A DNA stretch of 64,000 nt, taken from contig JBAYIK010000001.1 in NCBI GenBank assembly GCA_041665625.1, forward strand, positions 2,091 to 66,090, written 5' to 3'. Shown one piece after another: positions 8,557 to 18,139 of the stretch. The stretch's first letter is position 1. Each line of letters begins with the position of its first letter. The translations under genes and the position numbers were made by a program. The notes under the pieces were generated by a model. It did not search any database. It was not told the DNA's origin and saw only the letters and a program-made list of their open reading frames with translations. The DNA comes from Minisyncoccota bacterium (GTDB lineage: Bacteria > Patescibacteriota > Minisyncoccia > Phycocordibacterales > XYD1-FULL-46-19).

Positions 8557-10347
8557 ATGTTCAAGACGTACGGAGAAGGCTCAAAAGGCCGGAAGGTTGA
8601 GGATTTGGAGCAATACGCTGAACTGCTCGCCTCCCTGGGAATGAAGATTCCTGGCGGGTTGGTGATTCTGAGTGGCGTGTTTCTTCAGGTTCTGGAGGCA
8701 CTGGGCCTTAACGAGGAGAGTTTCCCCTCGCACTTGGAAACGCAAACGGACTGTCCGGACTACCTGGCGGTGTTTAACCAGGAGATCTTGGACGACATGA
8801 CAATCGGCAGACCCTATGCCATCCGCTCTTCGGCTTTATCGGAGCGTGGCGGTACGGGTATCTACCACTCAACGTTCTTTGTTCCCCGTGGTGATCGCGA
8901 CCGTGATTTGCAATTGCTGTGGGAGAAAGAGCGTGACGTCTATGCCAGTGAACTCTCGGGGAATGCCCGAGCCTGGCGCGAGAAGAGCAAGGCACCGTTC
9001 GGAATGGCCATCTTTGTCCAACCCGTGTCCGGTTCCGAAGTTGATGGCTGTTGGCTTCCGTCCTTGTCTGGGGTTGCCTATACCTCATATCAAGGTCTGC
9101 CGACCGTTCGTCTGGTTGTCGGTCTTGGTACCCAAGCGGTCTCTGGTTGTGGCATTGTCGGCCACGAAAGTCCGGGCTTGGGCCAAGATGACTTCTTGCA
9201 CTTTCAGCGTGCCGTCTGGGATCTCGATGAGGCCGACATGATTGAACTCGGGACCGGGGATCTTGGTCAGATGAGAAGCCACTCGGAAATTATCCATGGC
9301 CAAATCGCCGAAGGCTACGAGGCTTTCTGTGGCTTGTTCGAGAAATTGTGGGAACTCAAGGATCACGGCGACTTCAGCTTGGAGTGGGCTCTGTCGGGGC
9401 CAGATTTGGACATCGTCCAGTGTGCGCCCTACGAGGACAAATTGCCTGGTGACATGTCCATCGACAAAAGCCGTTATTTCCTGTTCGTCAACGGGACCGA
9501 CGTCTTCAACTCTGGACGGAATGTCTGCCGAGCGGTGGTCTATGTCTACCATTGGTCGCCAATCGTGGCCAGTCGTCTTGAGAACCTCAACCGCCAACTG
9601 GCGGGGACCAACTATCTACTGATCGTTCCGCAGAAGGCGACCTCTCTATTGGCCAGCCTTGAGCGAGACGAGAAGACCCGGGAGGTTGGGAAACGGCTTG
9701 AATTCCGTCATTTCAGCAATGCCGGAGTCGTCATAGAGAAGCAACAACACCTGAGTGAGGACCAGAAAGAGGCCATGCGTCTCATGCGGATGAACACGGC
9801 GGACCATTCTGGCGGAGTGGGAGCCTCGCACTTCCAACAGCTCTGTTCGCGGAGTGACATTCTCTTTGTCGGAGCAACCTTTGATCCTTACTCGCTCTTC
9901 AATCTGCCCGGAGAAATGAGGTATGGCGATCCTGTAGACATCTCTGTCTGGTCGACTGAAGCAGTGGGCTTGGTTGATGGTGAGAAGAAGGAAGGCTATG
10001 TCTACCTGAGCAAAGAAGGCAAGTCGACTCGCTATCAGCCGGAACAGGTTCAAGAGTATTCAATGGCGATGAGGCAAGCGGCTCTCAATCTTGAAAGCTC
10101 AGGCCAAAAGAAACTGGTCAGCGCTCTCTACTCTGTCCACTACGCCATTGGTTCTGATGAGGGGCCGGTCCAGTTCGATCCGTTCAGTCTGGATGAAGAA
10201 ATTGTCGGAGAGCGTGGTCTCGACGGTCTCCGCCAGGATGTGCAAGTGGTGATTTCGGGCGTCGGCTCTGTCTCGAGATATGTCCCCGATATTTGGCGGA
10301 GCGAATTCCGTCAGTATCTGGAAGACTTGCGGGCCCATCTCAGTTAG
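8557..10347 (+). CDS. PEP-utilising-enzyme N-terminal (PPDK_N / ATP-grasp-like nucleotide-binding) domain protein. No phospho-His swivel domain is recognisable. GC-rich.
   Basis: 'YAIRSSALSERGGTGIYHSTFFV' matches the PPDK_N 'VRSSAtaED...SFAG' motif seen in authentic ppsA at 56141. GC about 58%; good RBS (aggagg). Confidence 0.55.
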   Translation: MFKTYGEGSKGRKVEDLEQYAELLASLGMKIPGGLVILSGVFLQVLEALGLNEESFPSHLETQTDCPDYLAVFNQEILDDMTIGRPYAIRSSALSERGGTGIYHSTFFVPRGDRDRDLQLLWEKERDVYASELSGNARAWREKSKAPFGMAIFVQPVSGSEVDGCWLPSLSGVAYTSYQGLPTVRLVVGLGTQAVSGCGIVGHESPGLGQDDFLHFQRAVWDLDEADMIELGTGDLGQMRSHSEIIHGQIAEGYEAFCGLFEKLWELKDHGDFSLEWALSGPDLDIVQCAPYEDKLPGDMSIDKSRYFLFVNGTDVFNSGRNVCRAVVYVYHWSPIVASRLENLNRQLAGTNYLLIVPQKATSLLASLERDEKTREVGKRLEFRHFSNAGVVIEKQQHLSEDQKEAMRLMRMNTADHSGGVGASHFQQLCSRSDILFVGATFDPYSLFNLPGEMRYGDPVDISVWSTEAVGLVDGEKKEGYVYLSKEGKSTRYQPEQVQEYSMAMRQAALNLESSGQKKLVSALYSVHYAIGSDEGPVQFDPFSLDEEIVGERGLDGLRQDVQVVISGVGSVSRYVPDIWRSEFRQYLEDLRAHLS

Positions 10348-10367
10348 CAGAAACAAGCTCGTGTGAA

Positions 10368-10407
10368 CATGCCCGTCAGACTTCGGTTTGGCGGGCATTA
10401 GTGTTTT
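10368..10407 (+). terminator. Rho-independent terminator.
   Basis: Stem ATGCCCG...CGGGCAT followed by TAGTGTTTT. Confidence 0.5.
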
Positions 10408-10777
10408 AATTATAAGATCAAATTTAGTGTTACCAGTTTATCGTCTTTATCGTCCTATCGTCGAGAGCAGACGATACTGACGGTAGAGACGATGTTTCGG
10501 GAGGATTAAGTGTTTGGTGGCTTGTCTTCCTTCAGATCGGGGATGATTACTGTGCTTACAAAAGTGCCATAATACCATTGCCACTTTTTAATATATTTTT
10601 CTAAGGTGTTCCAAGTAAATTCTTTCTTGTGCACAGGAGCAAGCAAGCGGCTTTGCTTACTTAGTATATTTGTGTTAGAACTAGCTCGGAAGCTTAGATG
10701 TTATTTGTCATGGAAAGTAGGAAAAAACAACTCAGAACAAAGACCTCATTGAGGCAAAAAGAGGAGAGACCTGTCTT

Positions 10778-12043
10778 ATGATGCCCCAAGCATTTCAGGA
10801 GCGACTCTTTCCCTGTTTGGAGGAAGTTGCTCGACACTACAAAACGCCTTTCCACGTCTATGATGAGGACGGAATCAGGCAAACCTGCCGAGAGATGAAA
10901 GGGTTACTCGGCCAAGTCTCGAAGTATCGCAATTTCTTTGCAGTCAAAGCTCTGCCCAACCCGGCAATCATGAAGATTGTTCTGGACGAAGGTTTCGGCT
11001 TTGATTGCTCGAGCGTTCCCGAATTGACGTTGGCCCGCAATGCCGGCGCCAAGCCGGACGAGATAATGTTCACCTCGAACAATACCTCATCACTTGAATA
11101 CAGTTGGGCCATGATGAATGGTGGCTGTATCCTCAATCTCGATGACTTGTCGTTCGTCCCCAAGGTCCCGAAGATGCCAGAGCTCATCTGCTTTCGGTAT
11201 AATCCTGGACCTCTGAGGGGCGGCAACGAGATTATCGGCGAGCCCGAAGAGGCCAAATACGGTGTGCGCGACGATCAGATTGTCGAGGCTTACCGCCAGG
11301 CCCGCGAACGTGGCGCTCGAAGGTTCGGCCTTCACACTATGATATGTTCCAACCAGCGTGACTACACATATATGTTGGTCACGGTTGGGATGATTCTGGG
11401 TGTGGCCAAGAGGTTGAAGGACGAGCTCGGTATCGAAGTCGAATTCGTGAACATTGGGGGAGGCTTCGGCATCCCCTACAAACCGACCGACGAGACCTTC
11501 AACCTGCAGGCTTTTGCCGAAGAGGCGAAGCTTGTCTTCGACGAGTTCGAGCAAGACAATGGCTGGCGTCCCGAACTATTCACTGAATGTGGCCGTTATG
11601 TTACGGGCCCGCACGGGGTGCTTGTCACTTCGGTGATCAACCGAATGGACAAGTATCTCCAGTTTGTGGGGGTAGACGCCTGTATGTCGGCGCTCATGCG
11701 TCCGGCGTTGTACGATGCCTATCACCACATCTACGTGCCTGGCCACGAAGATCGCCCTCTCGAGACCGTCAATGTCGTTGGCTCGCTTTGCGAGAACAAC
11801 GACCAGTTTGCCAAACAGCGGACCTTGCCGGTAACACGCGAGGGCGACTTGCTCGTCATCGCCAACACTGGTGCTCACGGTTTGGCCATGGGTTTCAACT
11901 ACAACGGACGCAAACGGACGAAGGAACTGTTGCGTCGGACAGATGAGACATTCGAACTTATTCGTCGCGAAGAAAGGGACGAAGACCTCTTCGCGACCTT
12001 AAGCTTCGGTTACAACAACACGTTCAAACCGACCCGAGCCTAG
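10778..12043 (+). CDS. PLP-dependent decarboxylase of the Orn/DAP/Arg decarboxylase family 2 (fold III), diaminopimelate- or carboxynorspermidine-decarboxylase-like.
   Basis: PLP-Lys motif 'FFAVKALPN', 'GGGFGIPY', and active-site 'GSLCENNDQF' (CES.D-type). GC-rich. Confidence 0.75.
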   Translation: MMPQAFQERLFPCLEEVARHYKTPFHVYDEDGIRQTCREMKGLLGQVSKYRNFFAVKALPNPAIMKIVLDEGFGFDCSSVPELTLARNAGAKPDEIMFTSNNTSSLEYSWAMMNGGCILNLDDLSFVPKVPKMPELICFRYNPGPLRGGNEIIGEPEEAKYGVRDDQIVEAYRQARERGARRFGLHTMICSNQRDYTYMLVTVGMILGVAKRLKDELGIEVEFVNIGGGFGIPYKPTDETFNLQAFAEEAKLVFDEFEQDNGWRPELFTECGRYVTGPHGVLVTSVINRMDKYLQFVGVDACMSALMRPALYDAYHHIYVPGHEDRPLETVNVVGSLCENNDQFAKQRTLPVTREGDLLVIANTGAHGLAMGFNYNGRKRTKELLRRTDETFELIRREERDEDLFATLSFGYNNTFKPTRA

Positions 12044-12071
12044 CTCGGAAGTTGTAAGAAAGGAAAAGGTT

Positions 12072-13271
12072 ATGCAATTCGAATCGTGGCTACCCAAAGG
12101 AGGAGCCAATCTCTTCCAGACCATTAAGAAAGTCTGCCAAGAGGCAGAGGCCGGTGGGCAGAAACTGTACCGTCTGTCCATCGGCCAGCCCCCTGGTCCG
12201 GCACTGGAGTCGGCACGTAATTATTGTGCCAATTCCGTTCTGATGACCGAAGACTGTTGGCACGAGTATCAGGACAACACGTTCCTGCCATACCCCGATT
12301 GGGCGATGCGTTTCTGCCAGGCCCACACGCCTCGCGTCAACTTGAAGGGTTATGGTGCCGAGCTCGACTACCTACCCATCCCGGGCATCAAGCCGATGCT
12401 GGGTCTGGTGATGTTGGCCTGTGGCGCCGAGCAGAAGCGTCAAGACCTTCATGTGATGAGCATGACCGCTCCGGGCTATCCTGTCCCCAGAGATTGGGCC
12501 GGCTATCTCGGCGTGACCCACGGATCCTTCAGTCTCAATCCGAAGAATGCCTTCCTTCCCGATCTGGAAGACGAGGAGAGTATCTTCCGGATTGACCTCG
12601 CGATGATGAACCTGCCCCACAATCCGTCGGGGCAGATCGCCACTTACGAATTTTGGCGGGAAGTTTGCGAATTCTGCTCCAAGAAGGGGATTCGTCTCGT
12701 CAATGATGGTGCTTACCTGGCACTGTCCCACGACAAGCGCAGCCGGGCCTTGGCCGAAGTGGCCGTGGATTTCCCGGGACTGGAGTGGATCGAACTCTTC
12801 TCGGCGTCCAAATCAATCGCGAACGGGACGGGCTGGCGCATTGGAGGCATGGTCGGCTCGCCCGATTTTGTCAACGACATCAAGAAGATAAAAGGGAACA
12901 CCGACTCCGGCTTCTTTGCCCCCGCGGCCGCCGGTGCCTTGTTTGCCCTTGAGAACGATCAGGCGGGTGTCGCTGGAGTTGGTCGCTTGTACGAAGAGCG
13001 GCTCAAACTTCTTGTCCCGATCTTGAAGGAACGGGGACTTCGTTTGGCGGTTGACCCCGGTGCCGGTTTCTTCTCCCTTTGGGAGTCGCCCAAGTACGCC
13101 TTCGGCCGGGAAATGAAGAATGCCGAAGACTTCAACCTCAGTCTGATTCGGGAAACCGGTATCGTCGGTGTGCATTTCGACCCGTATATCCGCTTTGCGG
13201 TGTGCGGGCCGATAGAGAACTGGATCGTCCCGATCACACAGGCCTTTGAGAAGGCCAACGTTTCCTACTGA
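12072..13271 (+). CDS. Class I/II PLP aminotransferase, LL-diaminopimelate aminotransferase (DapL)-like.
   Basis: 'NLPHNPSG' and 'SASKSIANGTGWRIGGMVG' (SxSKxxxxxGxRxG) hallmarks. GC-rich. Confidence 0.7.
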   Translation: MQFESWLPKGGANLFQTIKKVCQEAEAGGQKLYRLSIGQPPGPALESARNYCANSVLMTEDCWHEYQDNTFLPYPDWAMRFCQAHTPRVNLKGYGAELDYLPIPGIKPMLGLVMLACGAEQKRQDLHVMSMTAPGYPVPRDWAGYLGVTHGSFSLNPKNAFLPDLEDEESIFRIDLAMMNLPHNPSGQIATYEFWREVCEFCSKKGIRLVNDGAYLALSHDKRSRALAEVAVDFPGLEWIELFSASKSIANGTGWRIGGMVGSPDFVNDIKKIKGNTDSGFFAPAAAGALFALENDQAGVAGVGRLYEERLKLLVPILKERGLRLAVDPGAGFFSLWESPKYAFGREMKNAEDFNLSLIRETGIVGVHFDPYIRFAVCGPIENWIVPITQAFEKANVSY

Positions 13272-13309
13272 CCTTGAAATGAAGCGGTGAACCATCACCA
13301 TGACCGAAA

Positions 13310-13349
13310 CCCTGGAGCAGCGCTCCAGGGTTTTACTTTTTTATTTTTC
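13310..13349 (+). terminator. Strong rho-independent terminator closing the GC-rich operon.
   Basis: Perfect stem CCCTGGAGC-agc-GCTCCAGGG followed by TTTTACTTTTTTATTTTT. Confidence 0.8.
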
Positions 13350-13422
13350 AAAATATTTTAAAAGAGGGGTTGTCCACAGTTTTTCTTTCTCTTATTTTTT
13401 ATAAGGAATATAATAAGAAGCA

Positions 13423-15624
13423 ATGAGTGAAGATTTCTCAAAAGGACTTTTGTCCGATGACGCCGAACAAAAATTAAAAGATGCAATTGCCGCTGCCGGC
13501 TTGTCTCCTTCAGGGACACCTGGCGTTGTTGAAACTCCAAGCACTCCAGTTGTTGAGTCTATTAAACCTGAATCTGGTGAAGGTGGTGAAACACATGAGG
13601 ATCCGATGGGCGGAACTCGTTTTGATGAATTCAAAGATCCATTTTCTGAACTTGGACTTAAAGATGATGGTCCTTTAATGATGACTGAACCAGAGGCTCC
13701 AACTAAAGCCCCGGTTGAAGTTGTTCCATCTCCCGCTGGTCCAGAACAAGATATCCAGAATAAAAGAGCAAGAATCGATGAAATAAACAAAGCTGTCAAA
13801 AATGGCACGGCCAGTAGCTTTTATGGGTTCAGTCCTAATTGGGAAGAGATGGCTAACTTTGAAGTTACAAAGTTGGAGAATGAAATTCGTGAATTAGAAA
13901 AAGGAGAGACAGCTCCGACGGAAGCGCCTGTTGAGAAAACCCCAGAACCCTGGGTTGATATTTCCGAGCCTGAACCACCAACTCAATACGAAGACTTGCC
14001 AGATGCTTCGTCAAAAGCGCCAGAGGTTAATACCCCAGCAACTGAACCGTGGGTTGATATTTCTGAGCCTGAGCCACCTGTTCACTATGAAGACATTCCT
14101 GATACTCCACCAAAGGCTCCCGAAGTTGTTCAACCTGTGCCAGAGGGTCCCATTGATTATTCCAAACAAGCTCAGGCTGCTCGTGATCGCTTGAAAGCTG
14201 CTGGCTATCTTGACGCCGATACTGCTTGGAAAAATAAACCGATAGAGGGTATTAGTAAATTAGCTGAAACAGAAAAAAGGCTTAAAGAGACAAGAGAATT
14301 TCGAGAGCAGATTGCTAAGCTTGAAGAACAGTTGAGGCAAATGAGAGAGAGACTGGAGAGAGAAGAAATAACTCCAGAAACTCCAGTTGAAGTTCCTCCA
14401 GCACCTCCGGTAACACCAGAAGTTCCGCCAACTGAACGACCAATTGGCCCGTCTGCTGTGAATGCTGCCCTTGAAGAATATCGCTTAGAAAATTTGGCTG
14501 AACTCAATCGACTAAGAGCTAAAAGAGAAGGCCGAGAAGCGGCTTCCGGAGCAAGCCTTTGGGAGCGGGCTAAGGATAAAGGCCCTCGAGTTTATAGCTG
14601 GCTTAAAGAAAGAGCCAAAGGTTTAGCGACTTTTGGTTATTGGGAAGTACGTCAAGCGGAGAAAGTCAGAAAGGCGGGGACTGAAGTGGTTGATGTCATG
14701 GAAGCCGGTACCGGAGCAATCAGGCAAGAAGCTTTTACTGATGAAGACCGAGAATTAATCAAGAGGCGCTTGCGTGAGTCCGGCAACGATGTTGAGAATA
14801 TGTCTGATGAACAACTTCAGATTACTTACGACTGGCTTGAGGGGTCTATTGTGGGAGAAAAGAAAGAAGCCAATCAACAAATTGAAGACCGCTTAGTTGA
14901 AGAGTCCATTAAGAAAATTGAAGATCGCCTAAGAGGAAGAATGGGCACCGGTGGTTACCGTACTTTTGGTGGTGAGGCCGTCTTAGAGAATGGTTATCTA
15001 CCTGAAGCTAAAGCAGAAGAGATTAGAGCTAAATTGCGTGGTGCAATTGGCGCTTTAAGAACATCCCAAATTGATCGTGATATCATTAACTATGGCAAGT
15101 TGGTCCGTGGGAGCATTGATCCTAAATGGTATAAGCGTTATGTTGCTGGTGGTGTTGAGGCCGCCCTTGGTTTTGCCTTGGTTAATTGGGTGGTGATGCC
15201 CGCTGTTACTGGTTGGGCTAAAGCTAAATTTGCCGCTGGTGCTGTTAAAGAAGGGGTTAAACAAGTTGTTGCTAGTCCTGATAATATTCTTAGCCTCCCT
15301 ACTGATGTAGGTATTCCGCCAGATGCAGCGAGTGAGCTGGTGGGGATGACGCCTGGACCTGAAGAAGTGATGGCCCCGCTCAAAGATAATCTTTGGAGTA
15401 TGGGTAAGGGAATTTTGCAGCAACAAGGCATTGCCGATCCAACCAATGGCCAGATTATGGAGGTGACCAAGCAATTAGCTCTTGATAACCAGACTTCTGT
15501 TGCTAAGTGGGGCCTAAGTGCGAGCAAGTGGATTGACTCTATGATGCCTAGCGGTTTACCAATTCATATTGGTGGAGCTTTGCGTGTGGCTAGTGTTGCG
15601 GCTAGAGTGGCCGGTGTTATGTAA
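13423..15624 (+). CDS. Large Pro/Glu-rich repeat protein with a coiled-coil middle and a hydrophobic C-terminal region. Hypothetical structural or surface protein.
   Basis: Tandem 33-aa repeat 'EPWVDISEPEPPxxYEDxPD...KAPEV' (nt ~13941-14130). Heptad-rich region around 14250-14900. Confidence 0.55.
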   Translation: MSEDFSKGLLSDDAEQKLKDAIAAAGLSPSGTPGVVETPSTPVVESIKPESGEGGETHEDPMGGTRFDEFKDPFSELGLKDDGPLMMTEPEAPTKAPVEVVPSPAGPEQDIQNKRARIDEINKAVKNGTASSFYGFSPNWEEMANFEVTKLENEIRELEKGETAPTEAPVEKTPEPWVDISEPEPPTQYEDLPDASSKAPEVNTPATEPWVDISEPEPPVHYEDIPDTPPKAPEVVQPVPEGPIDYSKQAQAARDRLKAAGYLDADTAWKNKPIEGISKLAETEKRLKETREFREQIAKLEEQLRQMRERLEREEITPETPVEVPPAPPVTPEVPPTERPIGPSAVNAALEEYRLENLAELNRLRAKREGREAASGASLWERAKDKGPRVYSWLKERAKGLATFGYWEVRQAEKVRKAGTEVVDVMEAGTGAIRQEAFTDEDRELIKRRLRESGNDVENMSDEQLQITYDWLEGSIVGEKKEANQQIEDRLVEESIKKIEDRLRGRMGTGGYRTFGGEAVLENGYLPEAKAEEIRAKLRGAIGALRTSQIDRDIINYGKLVRGSIDPKWYKRYVAGGVEAALGFALVNWVVMPAVTGWAKAKFAAGAVKEGVKQVVASPDNILSLPTDVGIPPDAASELVGMTPGPEEVMAPLKDNLWSMGKGILQQQGIADPTNGQIMEVTKQLALDNQTSVAKWGLSASKWIDSMMPSGLPIHIGGALRVASVAARVAGVM

Positions 15625-15664
15625 ATTAAGTGTTCGATAAATTCAAAAAATAAAAAAATATATT

Positions 15665-16003
15665 ATGGATGATCAAGTTATAACTAAGGCCAAACATTTA
15701 GGCCAACTCTTAGCTAAGAGCCCTCTTGATATTGAACTTAAGATCACGATTTTAGAAAATTTGTCTAAGATGCCTGAGAAATATCTTGACGCTCTAATTG
15801 TTTCTCTTGAGAACGAGGCGAAGGGGATTGAGATTTTATTGAAGGAAGCTGATGTTTTTCTCAAGACTCAAGATGACGACTGGGCAAAAGTTGAGGCTGA
15901 CCAGACCGCTTTGGCTGACAAAATGACCGAAGAAATCATTGGTGAAGTTGTTAAAGAAGACCAAATAAACGCGGTTAAAGCCAATATTGTGAGTAGCCTC
16001 TAG
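15665..16003 (+). CDS. Small conserved hypothetical protein; paralog of 29469..29657.
   Basis: 'KAKHLGQLLAKSPLDIELKITILENLSKMPEKYLDALIVSLENEAKGIEILL' here versus 'KAQRLGQLLANSTTLDLDQKMRILGLLKGMTEGQIDSLIIYLDEGIGDLELIL' in the paralog. Confidence 0.6.
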   Translation: MDDQVITKAKHLGQLLAKSPLDIELKITILENLSKMPEKYLDALIVSLENEAKGIEILLKEADVFLKTQDDDWAKVEADQTALADKMTEEIIGEVVKEDQINAVKANIVSSL

Positions 16004-16035
16004 TTTTTTGACCATATTCCAATAAAGAACACCAC

Positions 16036-16065
16036 CTTGACAAATTGTCAAGTATGGTATATAAT
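16036..16065 (+). promoter_or_regulatory. Canonical sigma70 promoter (TTGACA-N17-TATAAT) whose -35 lies inside a perfect 17-bp palindrome CTTGACAAaTTGTCAAG.
   Basis: Palindrome at 16036-16052; -35 at 16037-16042; TGg-TATAAT at 16060-16065. Confidence 0.6.
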
Positions 16066-16151
16066 AGATGTAGATAGTACAAGCAGGCATTGTGGCCTGT
16101 TTTTGCTTAATATTTTTGTTGTTTTGACAGAGGAATAAAGGAAGGAAAGAA

Positions 16152-16433
16152 ATGAAGAAAAACGCTCTGATTACCGCCTTGGTGGTCTTGTTGCTCGTGG
16201 CTGGGATGATTATTCTCCAGCTCTGGCCCAAGACCTCTTCGGTGGAAAAGACGTCCGCCCCGGTGGTGACGAAAGTTGCCGCCCCTGCTCCCGAGCCGCC
16301 GGCACTTGTGCCTGCGTCTCTACCTGTCTCGACCCCGGCGCCTGTCGCGCCGATGTCGAAGGTTGACGAGAAGTTGTCAAAACTGCACTTCGGATTGTCT
16401 TCTGATGTGCAGCCGATAAATGTCGTAAAGTAA
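16152..16433 (+). CDS. Small TM / Pro-Ala-rich secreted protein, GC-rich.
   Basis: N-terminal TM 'ALITALVVLLLVAGMIIL' followed by a PAPEPPALVP-rich region. Confidence 0.5.
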   Translation: MKKNALITALVVLLLVAGMIILQLWPKTSSVEKTSAPVVTKVAAPAPEPPALVPASLPVSTPAPVAPMSKVDEKLSKLHFGLSSDVQPINVVK

Positions 16434-16435
16434 AC

Positions 16436-17509
16436 GTGAAGGAGAAGATCATGAAGAAGGCAACGTTGATTTGGGTTCTGGCGGCCATGATGTCCATCTC
16501 GGCCTGGGCTGGTGGGTATACCGACGCCGAGCGCGTCGCCGATGCGTTCGCTTCGGTGGATGTCAACCAGTATGAGGGGCAGTTCGGGTTTACCCGTTTG
16601 CTTCCCAACGGTACGTCCAGCGATGTCCGGGGAGACTTTTCCCTCGACGCCAACGGCAAGATACCTCGCCTCGTCATTGATGGGGTGTCGGTGGTCAACT
16701 GGGGCGACGAACCCCTTGGCGGCTTGCCCGTCAACAAACTCGGCAGTGCCACCAACTACTGGCTCAGGCTGGATGGTTGGGATGGCAAAGCCGGAAGGTT
16801 CGCCATCTACGGTTGGTTCAGTACCGTTCTGCTTGAGCCCAAAGACCGAATCACCGTTGAACTGAACCTTGCGTACGTCGAAGCGTTTGTGGCTTTCGAT
16901 GCCGCCGACTATGACTCTTCGCGTCTTGTGCTTCGCTACAGTAATGGAGAGTCCGGTTATGACACTTCGCGGGGAGGTTTCGTCCTATGGATTGACCCCG
17001 CCGCGAGCGATGTTTCGTATGACATTGTCGATACAGGCATTAGCCAAGTCGTTGCCAGTGGTACGCTCCAGTCGGGTGTTGCCGAGGACAATGTCATCAA
17101 CAAGTTTATGCCGGCCGGAGTGCGAGAATTGTTCCCGGTGGGCCAAGACTTTGTGTCCTTACATGACCAGTGGTTTGGCTCGTCCATTCTGCGGAACGAG
17201 GCGTGGGTCCCTGCTCAGATCTATATCGCTCGCGCCTACGGCAGTGCCCTGACCCTTGAACCGAGTGGTACGGCTGTTGGTCGAGTCGAAGTTTATGCAG
17301 TCGACGATGACCGCAACCGCACGCTCGTTTCCGAGTTGGACATCCCTGTCCCCGTCTCGGTTGGCAAGGGTGGTGGTGTCGAAACCCGTCCGATCCTCAA
17401 TGTTCCCGCCGGGTACGAGAACCTGGTCATTGAGTTGATCGGGGCCCCGGATAACTGGGGAAGCTTCGGCATCGTGGCCTACAAGGCCCAACAGGGTGGC
17501 CGCGGTTAA
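16436..17509 (+). CDS. Secreted hypothetical protein, GC-rich.
   Basis: Signal peptide MKKATLIWVLAAMMSISAWA. Translationally coupled to the previous gene. Confidence 0.55.
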   Translation: MKEKIMKKATLIWVLAAMMSISAWAGGYTDAERVADAFASVDVNQYEGQFGFTRLLPNGTSSDVRGDFSLDANGKIPRLVIDGVSVVNWGDEPLGGLPVNKLGSATNYWLRLDGWDGKAGRFAIYGWFSTVLLEPKDRITVELNLAYVEAFVAFDAADYDSSRLVLRYSNGESGYDTSRGGFVLWIDPAASDVSYDIVDTGISQVVASGTLQSGVAEDNVINKFMPAGVRELFPVGQDFVSLHDQWFGSSILRNEAWVPAQIYIARAYGSALTLEPSGTAVGRVEVYAVDDDRNRTLVSELDIPVPVSVGKGGGVETRPILNVPAGYENLVIELIGAPDNWGSFGIVAYKAQQGGRG

Positions 17510-17547
17510 TACCTGGCCCTTCCTTTCAACCTCTAACCTGTAACCCC

Positions 17548-17586
17548 CCGCCTGCTGAGCTTTGCTCGGCAGGCGGTTTCTTTTTG
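17548..17586 (+). terminator. Rho-independent terminator.
   Basis: Stem CCGCCTGC...GCAGGCGG followed by TTTCTTTTT. Confidence 0.7.
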
Positions 17587-17666
17587 GCTTTACTTAGAAA
17601 GTTTTTAATGTTAGTAATTAGCCAGGTTTGAACAAATATGGGTTTTAACAGAAGAGGAATTAGCTC

Positions 17667-18050
17667 ATGGGTAGGACAGTGGCGTTGCTTCGGACATCAG
17701 AAGGGATCGAAGAGCCGATTCGGATTGGCTTTAATGATCGAAAGTTGTCGGACTGTGATCGGCTAAAAATGGTTTTTGGACACCGGCTGGCTAGGGCTCT
17801 CTGGCTTTCTTTCGGCCGAGGGCAACGCGTTTTCGATCTTGAGAGTTGGTGCCTTAGACTGGCCGTTGAGATTGAAAAGTTGGGATATTTCCCTGAAGCC
17901 TCCGAATTGTACCAAATGGTTAAGATGAGGGCTGAGACCTTGCCTGGCCAAATAGTACTCGACTCTTTCGCGGAATCGAACGTTTTCTTTTCTCGCTTGG
18001 CTGAGGCCCTGCGAGACCCTTTGGCTCCGATCACTTACATTGAGGCTTAA
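17667..18050 (+). CDS. Hypothetical protein, GC-rich.
   Basis: 127-aa ORF followed by hairpin CCCACCG...CGGTGGG. Confidence 0.45.
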   Translation: MGRTVALLRTSEGIEEPIRIGFNDRKLSDCDRLKMVFGHRLARALWLSFGRGQRVFDLESWCLRLAVEIEKLGYFPEASELYQMVKMRAETLPGQIVLDSFAESNVFFSRLAEALRDPLAPITYIEA

Positions 18051-18139
18051 TTCACCCCACCGTTGGCCTTGGCTGGCGGTGGGATTTGCCTTTTTGGGCC
18101 TTTTCCTGTATAGTTAGACGGTCCTAAATACATATCATT

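Noticed and set aside
8774-10398. Multiple antisense or alternate-frame ORFs (for example 8774..9088, 8816..9241, 9085..9597, 9646..10053, 10099..10398) inside the GC-rich genes.
   Set aside because: High-GC sequence gives long spurious open frames. Their peptides are Arg/Pro-rich low complexity, and the sense-strand genes have clear domain matches.
10408-10777. A riboswitch (for example the lysine type) in the 370-nt leader of the LysA-like gene.
   Set aside because: No recognisable riboswitch core motifs were seen by eye. Only local hairpins (ATCGTC-gagagca-GACGAT) are present. This needs cmscan and is not claimed.
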